Notes: generated from the letters alone by a model not told the origin. Shown: positions 1-9,645, counted from the first letter of the stretch. The stretch is 64,000 nucleotides of DNA from Erysipelotrichaceae bacterium (GCA_015058985.1 SVBH01000002.1:50727-114726); one strand, 5' to 3'. Numbers and translations: made by a program.

Positions 1-705
1 AAGTATCCTTGGGAAGAAGTTTTAAATAAACTTGGGATTAAATATAATAATCCATCTTATTATGAACAAGCTTTTACGCATTCTTCTTTTTCTAATGAAC
101 AGAGTCATAAACTTCATTTAGAAAGAATTGAATTTATGGGGGATGCTGTTTTTCAATTATTTGTTTCTGAATTAATATACAAAGAAAAAAGATTTTTATC
201 TTGTAATGAAGGACAACTTACCTTGATTCGTTCTAAACTTGTAAAAGAAGAAGGTCTTGCAAAGATTGCTAAAGAATATAACTTAGGTAAATATGTTTAT
301 CTTGGTGTAGGAGAAGAAAAAAATCATGGACGAGAAAGAGTTTCCTTATTAGCGGATTTAGTGGAATCCTTATTTGGAGCTATCTATTTAGATCAAGGTG
401 TTATGGAAACTAGAAAATTAGTAGAAAAAGTATTCCTTCCATATATTAAAGAACTTTCTTTAGATGAATTAGAAGATCCAAAAACAAGACTTCAAGAATA
501 TGTCCAAAATGATAAAAGAAGTTTAGTTTATAAGGTTTTGGATTCTACAGGACCTGCGAATAATCCTACTTATACTATAGGGGTTTATTTAGATGATGAA
601 AAAATTATGTTAGGTTTTGGAAAGGGAAGAAGTAAAAAAGAAGCTGAAAAAGAGGCTGCTAAGAACGCTTTAAGCAAATTGGCACCAATTAAAAAAGGAG
701 AATAG
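1..705 (+). CDS. rnc: Ribonuclease III, 5'-partial. The frame is open from nt 1; the ORF-track Met at 136 is internal.
   Basis: Translation from nt 1 reads KYPWEEVLNKLG...ERIEFMGDAV (RNase III catalytic signature) with a dsRBD-like C-terminus; ftsY starts 3 nt downstream. Confidence 0.85.
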   Translation, partial: KYPWEEVLNKLGIKYNNPSYYEQAFTHSSFSNEQSHKLHLERIEFMGDAVFQLFVSELIYKEKRFLSCNEGQLTLIRSKLVKEEGLAKIAKEYNLGKYVYLGVGEEKNHGRERVSLLADLVESLFGAIYLDQGVMETRKLVEKVFLPYIKELSLDELEDPKTRLQEYVQNDKRSLVYKVLDSTGPANNPTYTIGVYLDDEKIMLGFGKGRSKKEAEKEAAKNALSKLAPIKKGE

Positions 706-707
706 AA

Positions 708-1703
708 ATGGGATTTTTTAAGAAATTAAAAGAAAAAGTATTTGGAAAAAGCGTCAGTCAAAGTGATAAATATGTCGCTGGATTAGATAAATCTTCTCGT
801 GCCTTTTCTAGCAAACTAAATTCATTATCTAGTAGATGGAGAGAAGTTGATGAAGAATATTTTGAAGAATTAGAACAAATTTTAATTGAAGCTGATGTTG
901 GGGTTAATTTAGCGCTTGAAATAGTAGATGCTACTAAGAAACAATGTAAATTAGAAAATATCACGGATCCATTTCTAACAAATGAACTGTTAATAGATAA
1001 AATATTTATTTTTTACGCTAATACAGCAGGAGAAATTGATACTGCGATTAAAGAAGCAGAAGAAGGTCCTACAGTCATATTAATGGTTGGAGTTAATGGT
1101 GTTGGTAAAACAACGACAATCGCTAAAATCACTAAAAGATATTTAGATGACGGTAAAAAAGTCTTGTGGGCAGCGGGAGATACTTTTAGGGCAGGAGCTA
1201 CTGAACAATTAGGAGTATGGGCTGATAGATTAAAGGTTGATATGGTCAGAGGTAAAGAAGGAGCAGATCCTTCATCTGTTTTATTTGAAGCCGCTAAAAA
1301 AGCTAAAGAAGAAAAATATGATTATTTGATTTGTGATACTGCAGGTAGACTTCAAACTAAAGTTAACCTAATGAATGAACTTAGTAAAATGAAAAGAGTC
1401 ATCGCAAAAGAAATAGAACAAGGTCCTCATGAAGTTTTATTAGTTCTTGATGCTACAACAGGACAAAATGGGGTTTTACAAGCTAAAGCATTCTCAGAGG
1501 CAACGGGTATTGATGGAATTGTTTTAACAAAAATGGATGGAACTAGTAAAGGTGGAATCATTCTAGCCATCATGGAAGAGCTTAAAGTTCCTGTTAAACT
1601 AGTTGGAGTAGGAGAAGCTATGGATGACTTAATTGAATTTGATTTGGATGATTACATTTATGGATTAACTAAAGGAGTAAAGGAAAAGGAGGATCAAAAA
1701 TGA
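708..1703 (+). CDS. ftsY: Signal recognition particle receptor FtsY
   Basis: SRP GTPase motifs GVNGVGKTTT, DTAGR, TKMDG; position upstream of ylxM-ffh. Confidence 0.92.
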   Translation: MGFFKKLKEKVFGKSVSQSDKYVAGLDKSSRAFSSKLNSLSSRWREVDEEYFEELEQILIEADVGVNLALEIVDATKKQCKLENITDPFLTNELLIDKIFIFYANTAGEIDTAIKEAEEGPTVILMVGVNGVGKTTTIAKITKRYLDDGKKVLWAAGDTFRAGATEQLGVWADRLKVDMVRGKEGADPSSVLFEAAKKAKEEKYDYLICDTAGRLQTKVNLMNELSKMKRVIAKEIEQGPHEVLLVLDATTGQNGVLQAKAFSEATGIDGIVLTKMDGTSKGGIILAIMEELKVPVKLVGVGEAMDDLIEFDLDDYIYGLTKGVKEKEDQK

Positions 1704-1954
1704 GAATTGACTGGGGTAAATTGTTATTGTATATGTTGGCTTTGCTTGTAGCTCAACGTGTCGTTTTTTATGTCTTAGCTGCTATGGGATTATCGGGATT
1801 AACTCTCATAATAACTTTTGATCTTGTTGTTTCTTTCTTATTCACTTATTTATACTATCCATCTTTTAATAGACGCTATGCTTTAAAAGACCCGGATTTT
1901 TATAAAAACTGGGGAATTTTTATGATCGTCTTGCTAATATTTGATATGTTATGA
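1700..1954 (+). CDS. Small two-TM membrane protein, hypothetical
   Basis: 84-aa ORF with two hydrophobic helices; start overlaps the ftsY stop (ATGA) and its stop overlaps the ylxM start (ATGA), suggesting translational coupling. Confidence 0.45.
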   Translation: MRIDWGKLLLYMLALLVAQRVVFYVLAAMGLSGLTLIITFDLVVSFLFTYLYYPSFNRRYALKDPDFYKNWGIFMIVLLIFDML

Positions 1955-2409
1955 TAGAAAAAAAAGAACATTTTAATCTTCTGCTTGATGTTTATTCAAA
2001 TTTGTTGACTGAACATCAAAAAGAAATATGTCAATTATATTATGAAGAAGATTTATCTTTGCAAGAAATAGCAGAAAATTACAAAATAAGCAGAAATGCG
2101 GTTTTTGATATTATTAAAAGGGTAGAATCTCTTTTAGAAGAATATGAAGAAAAGTTAGGTTTAGTAAAAAAAGAAAAGAAAGAACAAAAAAAGAAAGTGT
2201 TAATTCAAATCGTTTTTCCTTTAAAGGATAAAGAAAAATTATTAAGTAATGTAAAAGTAGATTATCAACTTTTTTCTTTTGAAGAAAATATAATGGTTCA
2301 AATACTTACCAATTTAAGTAAAGTAGATAAGCTTGTTAAAGATATTACAAGTAGTATTAATCATTATGATTTGCATATCTTAAAAATAGAGAAAGAAGTT
2401 AAAAAATAG
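1951..2409 (+). CDS. ylxM: YlxM/UPF0122 helix-turn-helix protein with a ~45-aa C-terminal extension
   Basis: HFNLLLDVYSNLLTEHQKEICQLYYEEDLSLQEIAENYKISRNAVFDIIKR matches the YlxM family; sits immediately upstream of ffh. Confidence 0.8.
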   Translation: MIEKKEHFNLLLDVYSNLLTEHQKEICQLYYEEDLSLQEIAENYKISRNAVFDIIKRVESLLEEYEEKLGLVKKEKKEQKKKVLIQIVFPLKDKEKLLSNVKVDYQLFSFEENIMVQILTNLSKVDKLVKDITSSINHYDLHILKIEKEVKK

Positions 2410-2421
2410 ATAGGAGATATT

Positions 2422-3750
2422 ATGGCATTTGAACAATTAGGAGATCGTTTGCAATCCATCATAAAAAAGGTAAAAGGGCAAACAAGGTTAACAGAAAAAA
2501 ATGTAGAAGAAATGTTGAAAGAAATACGTTTATCTTTGCTTGAGGCAGACGTAAATTTTAAAGTTGTAAAAGAGTTTATCGCCAATGTAAAAGAACAAAT
2601 GCTTGGAGAAGAAGTTTTAAAATCTTTAACACCAGGACAAATGGTAGTAAAAATAGTTAAAGATGAATTGGTGAAACTATTTGGGGATGGAGACAATGAA
2701 TTAAATCTTTCTAATAAGAGTGGTTTAAGTGTTTTACTTATGGTGGGACTTCAAGGCTCTGGTAAAACTACAGCAAGTGCTAAATTAGCTTCCTTTATTA
2801 GAAAAAAGAAAAATAAAAAGAGTTTATTAGTAGCGTGTGATGTTTATCGTCCTGCTGCTATTGATCAATTGAAGACTTTAGGACAAAGCATTGATGTTGA
2901 AGTTTATTCAGAAGGAACACAAGTTTCTCCTGTTACGATTACAAAAAATGCTTTAGGATATGCAAAAGCTAATGGTTTTGATAATGTTATCATTGATACT
3001 GCTGGTAGACTTCATATTGATGAAACTTTAATGCAAGAATTAAAAGATATTGTTTCTGTAGCTTCTCCAAATGAAATATTGCTAGTAGTTGATGCTATGA
3101 GTGGACAAGATATCGTCAACGTTGCTTCTTCTTTCTATGAAGCATTGAGAGTTACAGGCGCTATTTTAACTAAAATGGATGGAGATGCTCGTGGAGGAGC
3201 AGCGCTATCTGTAAAACACTTAACAGGTGTTCCTATTAAGTTCATTGGAGTAGGAGAAAAAATTGATGATTTAGAAGCTTTCTATCCTGATCGAATGGCT
3301 GATCGTATCTTAGGCATGGGAGATGTTATTTCCTTAATAGAAAAAGCTCAAGAAAATATTGATGAGAAGAAAACTAAAAAAGGATTTCATCGCATGATGG
3401 ATGGAAAATTTAATCTTGAAGATATGCTAGAACAAATGGAGCAAATTGGAAAAATGGGCCCTTTAAAAGGTATTTTAAAATTAATTCCTGGTATGCCTAA
3501 AATTAGTGAAGAAGATCAAGCGAGAGCAGATGCTCAACTTAAAAATACTAGAGTCATCATACAAAGTATGACTGTCGAAGAAAGAAGAAATCCTGAAATA
3601 TTAAGGGCAAGTAGAAAAATTAGAATAGCCAAAGGTTGCGGTAAAACACCTGCAGATGTTAATAAGGTCATTAATCAATATGAAAAAATGAAAGAGATGG
3701 CTAAACAATTAAAAGCATTTTCAAAAAATGGAAAAAATCCATTTCAATAA
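2422..3750 (+). CDS. ffh: Signal recognition particle protein Ffh (SRP54)
   Basis: GLQGSGKTT, DTAGRL, TKMDGDARGG; M-domain rich in Met. Confidence 0.95.
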   Translation: MAFEQLGDRLQSIIKKVKGQTRLTEKNVEEMLKEIRLSLLEADVNFKVVKEFIANVKEQMLGEEVLKSLTPGQMVVKIVKDELVKLFGDGDNELNLSNKSGLSVLLMVGLQGSGKTTASAKLASFIRKKKNKKSLLVACDVYRPAAIDQLKTLGQSIDVEVYSEGTQVSPVTITKNALGYAKANGFDNVIIDTAGRLHIDETLMQELKDIVSVASPNEILLVVDAMSGQDIVNVASSFYEALRVTGAILTKMDGDARGGAALSVKHLTGVPIKFIGVGEKIDDLEAFYPDRMADRILGMGDVISLIEKAQENIDEKKTKKGFHRMMDGKFNLEDMLEQMEQIGKMGPLKGILKLIPGMPKISEEDQARADAQLKNTRVIIQSMTVEERRNPEILRASRKIRIAKGCGKTPADVNKVINQYEKMKEMAKQLKAFSKNGKNPFQ

Positions 3751-3754
3751 AAAA

Positions 3755-3780
3755 GGTTACTTATGCAGTAACCTTTTTTA
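3755..3780. terminator. Bidirectional rho-independent terminator shared by ffh (+) and the divergent 3761-4453 gene (-)
   Basis: Stem ggttact/agtaacc, loop tatgc, A-run upstream and T-run downstream. Confidence 0.6.
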
Positions 3781-4453
3781 TACTTCCTGTATTTGTTAAT
3801 AATAATTCTTTTACCTTATTATCGTAATTAGCGATAATGGATTTAGTAGTATTTTCGTAATCATGGAAATCTTCTAGTAATTCTGTTAAGTCATTTTCAA
3901 TTGTATCTAGAATAGGAAGATTAGAACTTAATACATTTTTATCAGTTTTGATTGTTTTAATGTCGTTTAAGAAACTTTTTAGATTATCTTTAACAAGTTT
4001 GAAGTAAACTTTTTTTCCTTTTGTATGCTCTAAATAATGGTCGAATCCTTGAATGTAAGTACCTACGACAAAGTTATATGTTAGATTTTGTTGAGAATTT
4101 GTGAAATTGATAAAATCAGGAATATCTTTACTAACAACTAAACCTACACTGTTGATACATGAAATATTTTTGCTTTGTCTATCTGTTAGTTCATTCTTAA
4201 TGTTTGAAATAGCATCTAAAACAGAAGTTCTATATGTTTCACATTGAGAGATAAATGCTTTATATTTCTTTTTATCGATTTTTCCTGAACTCAAGCTGAG
4301 TTTTTCTAAATAGGAAGGTAATTTTTCTTTTTCTGTAAAAATTTTCTCTGTCTTAACAAAAAATTTTCCTTCTTTGGTATAAGAATAATGAATTTGAGAA
4401 TTTTGTATAGACAACTTATTTATTAATTCGTTGATTTCTTTGATTTTGCTCAT
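3761..4453 (-). CDS. Hypothetical protein, 230 aa, no recognisable family
   Basis: Intact 693-nt ORF on minus strand, convergent with ffh, coding-like composition (K/N/S/I rich); part of insertion between ffh and rpsP. Confidence 0.5.
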   Translation of the reverse strand: MSKIKEINELINKLSIQNSQIHYSYTKEGKFFVKTEKIFTEKEKLPSYLEKLSLSSGKIDKKKYKAFISQCETYRTSVLDAISNIKNELTDRQSKNISCINSVGLVVSKDIPDFINFTNSQQNLTYNFVVGTYIQGFDHYLEHTKGKKVYFKLVKDNLKSFLNDIKTIKTDKNVLSSNLPILDTIENDLTELLEDFHDYENTTKSIIANYDNKVKELLLTNTGSIKKVTA

Positions 4454-4648
4454 ATAAGCCCCTCCCCTGATACGCTTATATTAAATGATAACTTGACGAT
4501 AAAGTAAAGAAGAATTTTTTTAATAATTAAAAAAATCCTTATAATATAAGGAAAAAAATTTTTTAAAAGATTAATCTTATTAACAAAATTAAGCATTTAG
4601 GTTGTTTGATAATACTAATACCAATAAAATACTTTTGAGGTTTTAAAT

Positions 4649-5398
4649 ATGAAAAAAATAGTAGTATATCAAAAATGTTCTAAATATGAATCTGCAAAAA
4701 AACTATTGAATGAAAATATCATTCCTTTAGGAGTTAAGGTGAATAGTTTAGAAGAAAAGAAAGAAATATTAAAAACAGGTTATTACAAAGAGCTTATACC
4801 TACTATAAAAGGGATAGAAATTTTTTATGATAATTATTTAGTTTACAATTATCATCGTAATAAAGAATTAAAAGAAAATCAATGTGAACCTGAAATAGAT
4901 AAAATAATCTATAAAGACGAAAATGGAGATAAAAGAATATATAAAAATATCAAATTTGATGAAAATATTGACAAATACGAATATCTAAATACTAATGTTG
5001 GAAAATATAACATAAAAACAAATTCTTTAAGTGTTATAGGAAAACACATTCAATTAAGAAAAGTAGGTAAAAAATATGCCCCAGAGGTTAATCTTTTGGA
5101 AATTAAATGTAATTACAAAGAGGCAAAAGCGTTTATTTTTGAAGGTATTTATCCTTTTTATATTGATGAAGATGTAAAAGAAGTAGAAGGTCCTTATAAA
5201 AAAAGTGGATCAGGATGGAAATTAGATGTATGTAGTGATCTGTATTTTGAACATTTAATTAAAATTGAAGGAGAAATACCTGTCTTTCATAAAATAGAAG
5301 AAAGATCTAAAGGTCTTTTAATTATAGATGAAGGCAGAGTATATGACTTAGATTTCATGATTAATATCATTAAAACGCGTCCTAGAAAAATTAAATAA
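4649..5398 (+). CDS. Hypothetical protein, paralog A of a tandem pair
   Basis: 249-aa ORF; aligns over its full length with the next ORF (shared TGYYK, YLVYNYHRN/YLVYDYKRN, CPEI, FIFEGIYPF/FILEGSYPF, YKKSG/YKKNG). Confidence 0.6.
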   Translation: MKKIVVYQKCSKYESAKKLLNENIIPLGVKVNSLEEKKEILKTGYYKELIPTIKGIEIFYDNYLVYNYHRNKELKENQCEPEIDKIIYKDENGDKRIYKNIKFDENIDKYEYLNTNVGKYNIKTNSLSVIGKHIQLRKVGKKYAPEVNLLEIKCNYKEAKAFIFEGIYPFYIDEDVKEVEGPYKKSGSGWKLDVCSDLYFEHLIKIEGEIPVFHKIEERSKGLLIIDEGRVYDLDFMINIIKTRPRKIK

Positions 5399-5410
5399 GG
5401 AGGAATGAAT

Positions 5411-6172
5411 ATGGAAAGAATTATAGTGTATGATGTTTGCTGTACAACGCATAAAGCTACTAAGTATCTTAATGATGAATCTAATGGAAAAAAAATAGTT
5501 CCATTGGCGATAAGAATCGAAGATGAAAAACTTATGAATCAGTTTCTTGAAACAGGATACTATAAAAGATTACCTTATGATTTAAGCCCAGAAGGAATTT
5601 TCTTAGGAGACTATTTAGTTTATGATTACAAAAGAAATCAAATATTAAAAGATACTGGTAATTGTCCTGAGATTGAAGGAATACTATGTAAAGATTTTGT
5701 TGAAGATAGAAAATATATCTTAAAGAATGTCCAGTTTTTTAACAGCATGGAATGTAATTTGCTATCCACGGCAAGTATTGATTGTCTTGATATTTGGGCA
5801 ACTGCACTAGAAAAAGTTCAAAAAGATATTAATAAACGAACTTCTAAAGATTATTCTCATAAAAAGTATTTTATTTTAGAGGGTTCATATCCATTTTCGG
5901 TAGCTAGAAAATTTTTAAAGAAAGGAATTTCTCCTTTGCATATCATTAAAGATAATAGTATGGTTAGTAATTTAACGGGCTCGTATAAGAAAAATGGAGA
6001 AAATTATGATTTTAGATTTCTTCCTGATTTGGATTATGATTGTTTAGTAAGAGTGAAAAATAATAAACCATATTTTTCTAAAATAGTTCAACAAGATGGT
6101 AAAACAGGAATTATAGTTTTAGAGGATGATTCTTTCTACGATGTTTATAAAACAATTACAAAATTAAAATAA
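5411..6172 (+). CDS. Hypothetical protein, paralog B of a tandem pair. Start taken at the ATG 7 nt after AAGGAGG; ORF-track start 5405 is too close to the RBS.
   Basis: Paralogous to 4649-5398; strong RBS aaggagg. Confidence 0.6.
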   Translation: MERIIVYDVCCTTHKATKYLNDESNGKKIVPLAIRIEDEKLMNQFLETGYYKRLPYDLSPEGIFLGDYLVYDYKRNQILKDTGNCPEIEGILCKDFVEDRKYILKNVQFFNSMECNLLSTASIDCLDIWATALEKVQKDINKRTSKDYSHKKYFILEGSYPFSVARKFLKKGISPLHIIKDNSMVSNLTGSYKKNGENYDFRFLPDLDYDCLVRVKNNKPYFSKIVQQDGKTGIIVLEDDSFYDVYKTITKLK

Positions 6173-6206
6173 TTATCAACAGATTAGGACTGTTAAGCAA
6201 AAATGC

Positions 6207-6235
6207 TTGACGGTCTTTTCTTTTTACTATATAAT
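6207..6235 (+). promoter_or_regulatory. Sigma-A type promoter for the rpsP operon
   Basis: TTGACG (6207-6212), 17-nt spacer, TATAAT (6230-6235), ~30 nt upstream of rpsP. Confidence 0.55.
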
Positions 6236-6261
6236 TCTATCTTGTAATTAAGGAGGATATT

Positions 6262-6552
6262 ATGGCTGTTAAATTAAGACTAAAAAGAGTAGGTCGTCAT
6301 AAATTAGCAATTTATAGAATTGTTGCTGCTGATTCAAGAGCACCAAGAGATGGAAGATTTATTGAAATCGTTGGAACATACGATCCAAACACTAATCCTG
6401 CAACTGTTAATGTTGAAGAAGAAAAAGCTTTAGCATGGTTAGGAAAAGGTGCTATGCCAACTGATACAGTAAGAAACATTTTCCAAAAACAAGGAATAAT
6501 GCAAAAACATCACCTTGCAAAAGTTGCTGCAAAAAAAGCAAAAGGTGAATAA
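6262..6552 (+). CDS. rpsP: 30S ribosomal protein S16
   Basis: [42 protein letters not shown]. Confidence 0.95.
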   Translation: MAVKLRLKRVGRHKLAIYRIVAADSRAPRDGRFIEIVGTYDPNTNPATVNVEEEKALAWLGKGAMPTDTVRNIFQKQGIMQKHHLAKVAAKKAKGE

Positions 6553-6554
6553 TT

Positions 6555-6812
6555 ATGAATTATGAAAAAATAATTCTAGACGTTGCGACACCAATCGTAA
6601 CAAACAAAGATTCATTAATGGTAAGACAAATGCCTAACGAAGAAGAAAAAGGATTATTATTTTTAGTAGTTGCACCTTCTTCTGATATTGCTAGATTAAT
6701 TGGAAAAAAAGGAATTGTAGCAAAAGCTATTAGAGAAGTAGTATCTATTGCTTCTAAAATAGAGGGACAAAGAATTCATATCAAATTTGAATCATATGAA
6801 GAAGAAATTTAA
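6555..6812 (+). CDS. khpA: KH-domain RNA-binding protein (YlqC/KhpA family)
   Basis: 85 aa, LIGKKGIVAKAIREV KH motif; conserved position between rpsP and rimM. Confidence 0.7.
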   Translation: MNYEKIILDVATPIVTNKDSLMVRQMPNEEEKGLLFLVVAPSSDIARLIGKKGIVAKAIREVVSIASKIEGQRIHIKFESYEEEI

Positions 6813-6854
6813 GGTGTGATATTTTCACATCTTTTTTAATAAGGAGAGTTTTAA

Positions 6855-7355
6855 ATGGAAAAAGTAGTCATAGGTACCATTGTTAATACTAGAGGGTTAA
6901 AGGGAGAGTTAAAAATTATGTCTTCCACTTCTTTTCCAGAAGAAAGGTTTAAAGTAGGTAATAAGCTCACATTAGTAAATCCTTTAAATAAGACGGAAGA
7001 AGAAGTTGTTATTGCAAGACACTTTGTTTTTAAAAATTTCGACTTTTTAGTTTTTAAAGGCAAAGAGGATATTAATTTGGTCGAAAAATATAAGAATTGG
7101 CACATTCTTGCAGATAAAAAAGAGTTAGGAGAGAATGATTTTTATTACTCTGATTTAAAAGGTTTAGATGTGTATTTTAACAATCAACTATTAGGTAAAA
7201 TTAAAGAGGTATTTGATTTAAACAATAGATCAATGCTTAGAATTAAAAAAATTGATAACAAAGAGTTATTAGTTATTTTTATGGATGAATTTATTGATAA
7301 TGTTGATTTAGAAAACAAAAAAATTACTTTAAAAAATATCGAGGGACTCTTATGA
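6855..7355 (+). CDS. rimM: 16S rRNA processing protein RimM
   Basis: VIGTIVNTRGLKGELKI N-terminus and PRC-barrel-like C-terminus; synteny. Confidence 0.9.
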   Translation: MEKVVIGTIVNTRGLKGELKIMSSTSFPEERFKVGNKLTLVNPLNKTEEEVVIARHFVFKNFDFLVFKGKEDINLVEKYKNWHILADKKELGENDFYYSDLKGLDVYFNNQLLGKIKEVFDLNNRSMLRIKKIDNKELLVIFMDEFIDNVDLENKKITLKNIEGLL

Positions 7356-8134
7356 AAATAACAATACTAACACTTTTTCCAGAATTTTATGAATCATATT
7401 TAAATACTTCCATTATTAAAAGAGCTATTTCAAAAAATAGTGTTGAAGTACATATTTGCAATATAAGAGATTATAGCTTGGATAAAACTAAAAGGGTTGA
7501 TGATATTCCTTTTGGTGGTGGAAATGGAATGCTTCTAAAATGCCAACCAGTATTAGATGCATTACGTGCTGTTAAAACTGAAAATTCAAAAGTAATATAT
7601 TTAGGACCAACGGGTAAGACTTTACATCAATCTGTTGCAAGAACATTATCTAAAGAAGAAGACCTTGTTATTTTGTGTGGACATTATGAAGGAATAGATC
7701 AAAGAATATTAGATTATGTAGATGAAGTTATTTCAATTGGAGATTATATTTTAACAGGAGGAGAAGTTGCTAGTTTAGTTTTGATGGATTCTGTCATTAG
7801 ACTTTTAGATGGTGCCATCACCGAATCTTCTCATCTTGATGAATCTTTTGAAAATGGACTTTTAGAGTATCCTCAATATACGCAACCAAGAGTCTTTGAA
7901 GGTAAAGAAGTTCCTCCTATTTTATTCAGTGGAAATCACCAAGCAATTGATAAATGGAGAAGAAAAGAAAGTTTAAAATTAACTAAGGAAAAAAGACCTG
8001 ATTTGTTCGAAAAATATTCATTGACAAAACAAGATAAAAAATTGTTAGATGAAATTGAAAATAATAAAGTAGGTAAATGGGAAGAAAGAGCTATTGAAGG
8101 GGCTAAAAAATTTACTAAAAATAAGGAAGCATAG
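7352..8134 (+). CDS. trmD: tRNA (guanine37-N1)-methyltransferase TrmD
   Basis: ITILTLFPEF..., SPOUT-type GHYEGIDQR, overlaps rimM stop. Confidence 0.92.
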   Translation: MKITILTLFPEFYESYLNTSIIKRAISKNSVEVHICNIRDYSLDKTKRVDDIPFGGGNGMLLKCQPVLDALRAVKTENSKVIYLGPTGKTLHQSVARTLSKEEDLVILCGHYEGIDQRILDYVDEVISIGDYILTGGEVASLVLMDSVIRLLDGAITESSHLDESFENGLLEYPQYTQPRVFEGKEVPPILFSGNHQAIDKWRRKESLKLTKEKRPDLFEKYSLTKQDKKLLDEIENNKVGKWEERAIEGAKKFTKNKEA

Positions 8135-8149
8135 CAGTATGCTTTTTTA
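8127..8149 (+). terminator. Rho-independent terminator after trmD
   Basis: aagcata/tatgctt stem, loop gcag, T6 run; overlaps trmD stop. Confidence 0.55.
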
Positions 8150-8177
8150 TTTGATTATTTATTTATAGGGCCATTTA

Positions 8178-8186
8178 TGATATAAT
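8178..8186 (+). promoter_or_regulatory. Extended -10 element (TGaTATAAT) upstream of pyk
   Basis: tgatataat about 30 nt before the RBS ggggag of pyk. Confidence 0.4.
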
Positions 8187-8217
8187 TTATGACTTATAAA
8201 GGGGAGTTTAGAGATAA

Positions 8218-9645
8218 ATGAAAAGAACTAAAATAATCTGTACATTAGGACCTGCTAGTACTAATGAAGAAATAATGAAAGAAATGTTACAAAACGGAAT
8301 GAACGTTGCAAGATTTAATATGTCTCATGGAGATTATAAAGAGCACGAAGATCGAATGAATATGTTTAAAAGGGTAAGAGATAGTTTGAAAATTCCTGCG
8401 GCTGTGTTACTTGATACAAAAGGGCCTGAAATAAGATTAAGAGACTTTGAAAATGGAAGTGTTATTTTAACTGATGGACAAGATTTCATATTAACAAATG
8501 AAGATGTTGTAGGCAATCAAGAAAAAGTTGCAATCTCATACAAAAACTTACCAAATGATATTAAAGATGGTTGTAAAATTTTAATTGATGATGGAAAAGT
8601 TACTTTACAAGTAATTTCTCATACAGAAAGGGAAATTAAATGTAAAGTGGTTTATGGAGGAAAAATCAGCAATCGTAAAGGAGTTAATGTTCCATCTGTT
8701 CATTTGAATATGCCTTATTTAAGTGAAGTTGATAAGCAAGATTTATTATTTGGTATAAAAATGGATGTTGATTATGTAGCTGCATCTTTTGTTCGAAATT
8801 TAGAAGATATCACTGCTATTAGAAACTTTTTAGATTACCATGGTGGTAAAAATATAAAGATTATAGCTAAAATTGAAAATCAAGAAGGAATTGATAATTT
8901 TGATGATATATTAATTGTTGCCAATGGAATAATGGTTGCAAGAGGAGATATGGGAGTAGAAGTAGACTATGAAAGACTTCCAGGGATTCAAAAAAGATTC
9001 ATAGAAAAATGTCGTAGAGCAGGAAAAATAGTAGTTACCGCAACTCAAATGTTAGAATCAATGGTTAATAATCCATCACCTACAAGAGCAGAAATTTCAG
9101 ACGTTGCTAATGCTGTTTTTGATGGAACTAGTGCTATTATGTTAAGTGGAGAAACCGCAAATGGAAAATATCCAATTCAAACTGTTAAAACTATGGCAAA
9201 AATTGCCTTGGGAGCAGAAAAAGACGCTTTTGAATTAGGAGTTTACGATAGAATTGAACCAGACGTTATAAAAGAACATACTAATGCCATAAGCCATGCT
9301 ACTTGTACTACTGCGAAAGATTTAAGTGCTAAAGCAATTATTACTGTTACTTTAAAAGGTTCTACTGCTAGAAGAATTGCTAAATATAGACCTAATGTTC
9401 CTATTGTAGCAGCTACTCCAGATTTAAAAACATATCACCAATTATCACTTGTCTGGGGTGTTAATCCCGTAATATCATTGCATCAAAATACTACTGATGA
9501 CTTATTTGAACATGCAATTTATTGTGCTAAAAGTAATAAATTTGTATCAGAAGATGATACAGTAGTTATCACTGCAGGAGTTCCACTTGGAGTATCAGGA
9601 GCTACAAATACTATTAAGGTAGAAAAAGTTTCTGATGAAGACTAA
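8218..9645 (+). CDS. pyk: Pyruvate kinase
   Basis: MKRTKIICTLGPAS, MVARGDMGVE, 475 aa; unusual position between trmD and rplS. Confidence 0.93.
   Translation: MKRTKIICTLGPASTNEEIMKEMLQNGMNVARFNMSHGDYKEHEDRMNMFKRVRDSLKIPAAVLLDTKGPEIRLRDFENGSVILTDGQDFILTNEDVVGNQEKVAISYKNLPNDIKDGCKILIDDGKVTLQVISHTEREIKCKVVYGGKISNRKGVNVPSVHLNMPYLSEVDKQDLLFGIKMDVDYVAASFVRNLEDITAIRNFLDYHGGKNIKIIAKIENQEGIDNFDDILIVANGIMVARGDMGVEVDYERLPGIQKRFIEKCRRAGKIVVTATQMLESMVNNPSPTRAEISDVANAVFDGTSAIMLSGETANGKYPIQTVKTMAKIALGAEKDAFELGVYDRIEPDVIKEHTNAISHATCTTAKDLSAKAIITVTLKGSTARRIAKYRPNVPIVAATPDLKTYHQLSLVWGVNPVISLHQNTTDDLFEHAIYCAKSNKFVSEDDTVVITAGVPLGVSGATNTIKVEKVSDED

Noticed and set aside
758-964. Short minus-strand ORFs embedded in ftsY, ylxM/ffh, pyk, topA, frr, uppS, cdsA, rseP, polC, lon, valS, degV etc. 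(e.g. 758-964, 2364-2696, 8334-8516, 14850-15068, 21981-22181, 22596-22916, 23007-23312, 28339-28671, 49764-50006, 59363-61230, 63334-63516)
   Set aside because: All lie antisense within well-supported conserved genes, are short, and lack RBS; treated as non-coding.
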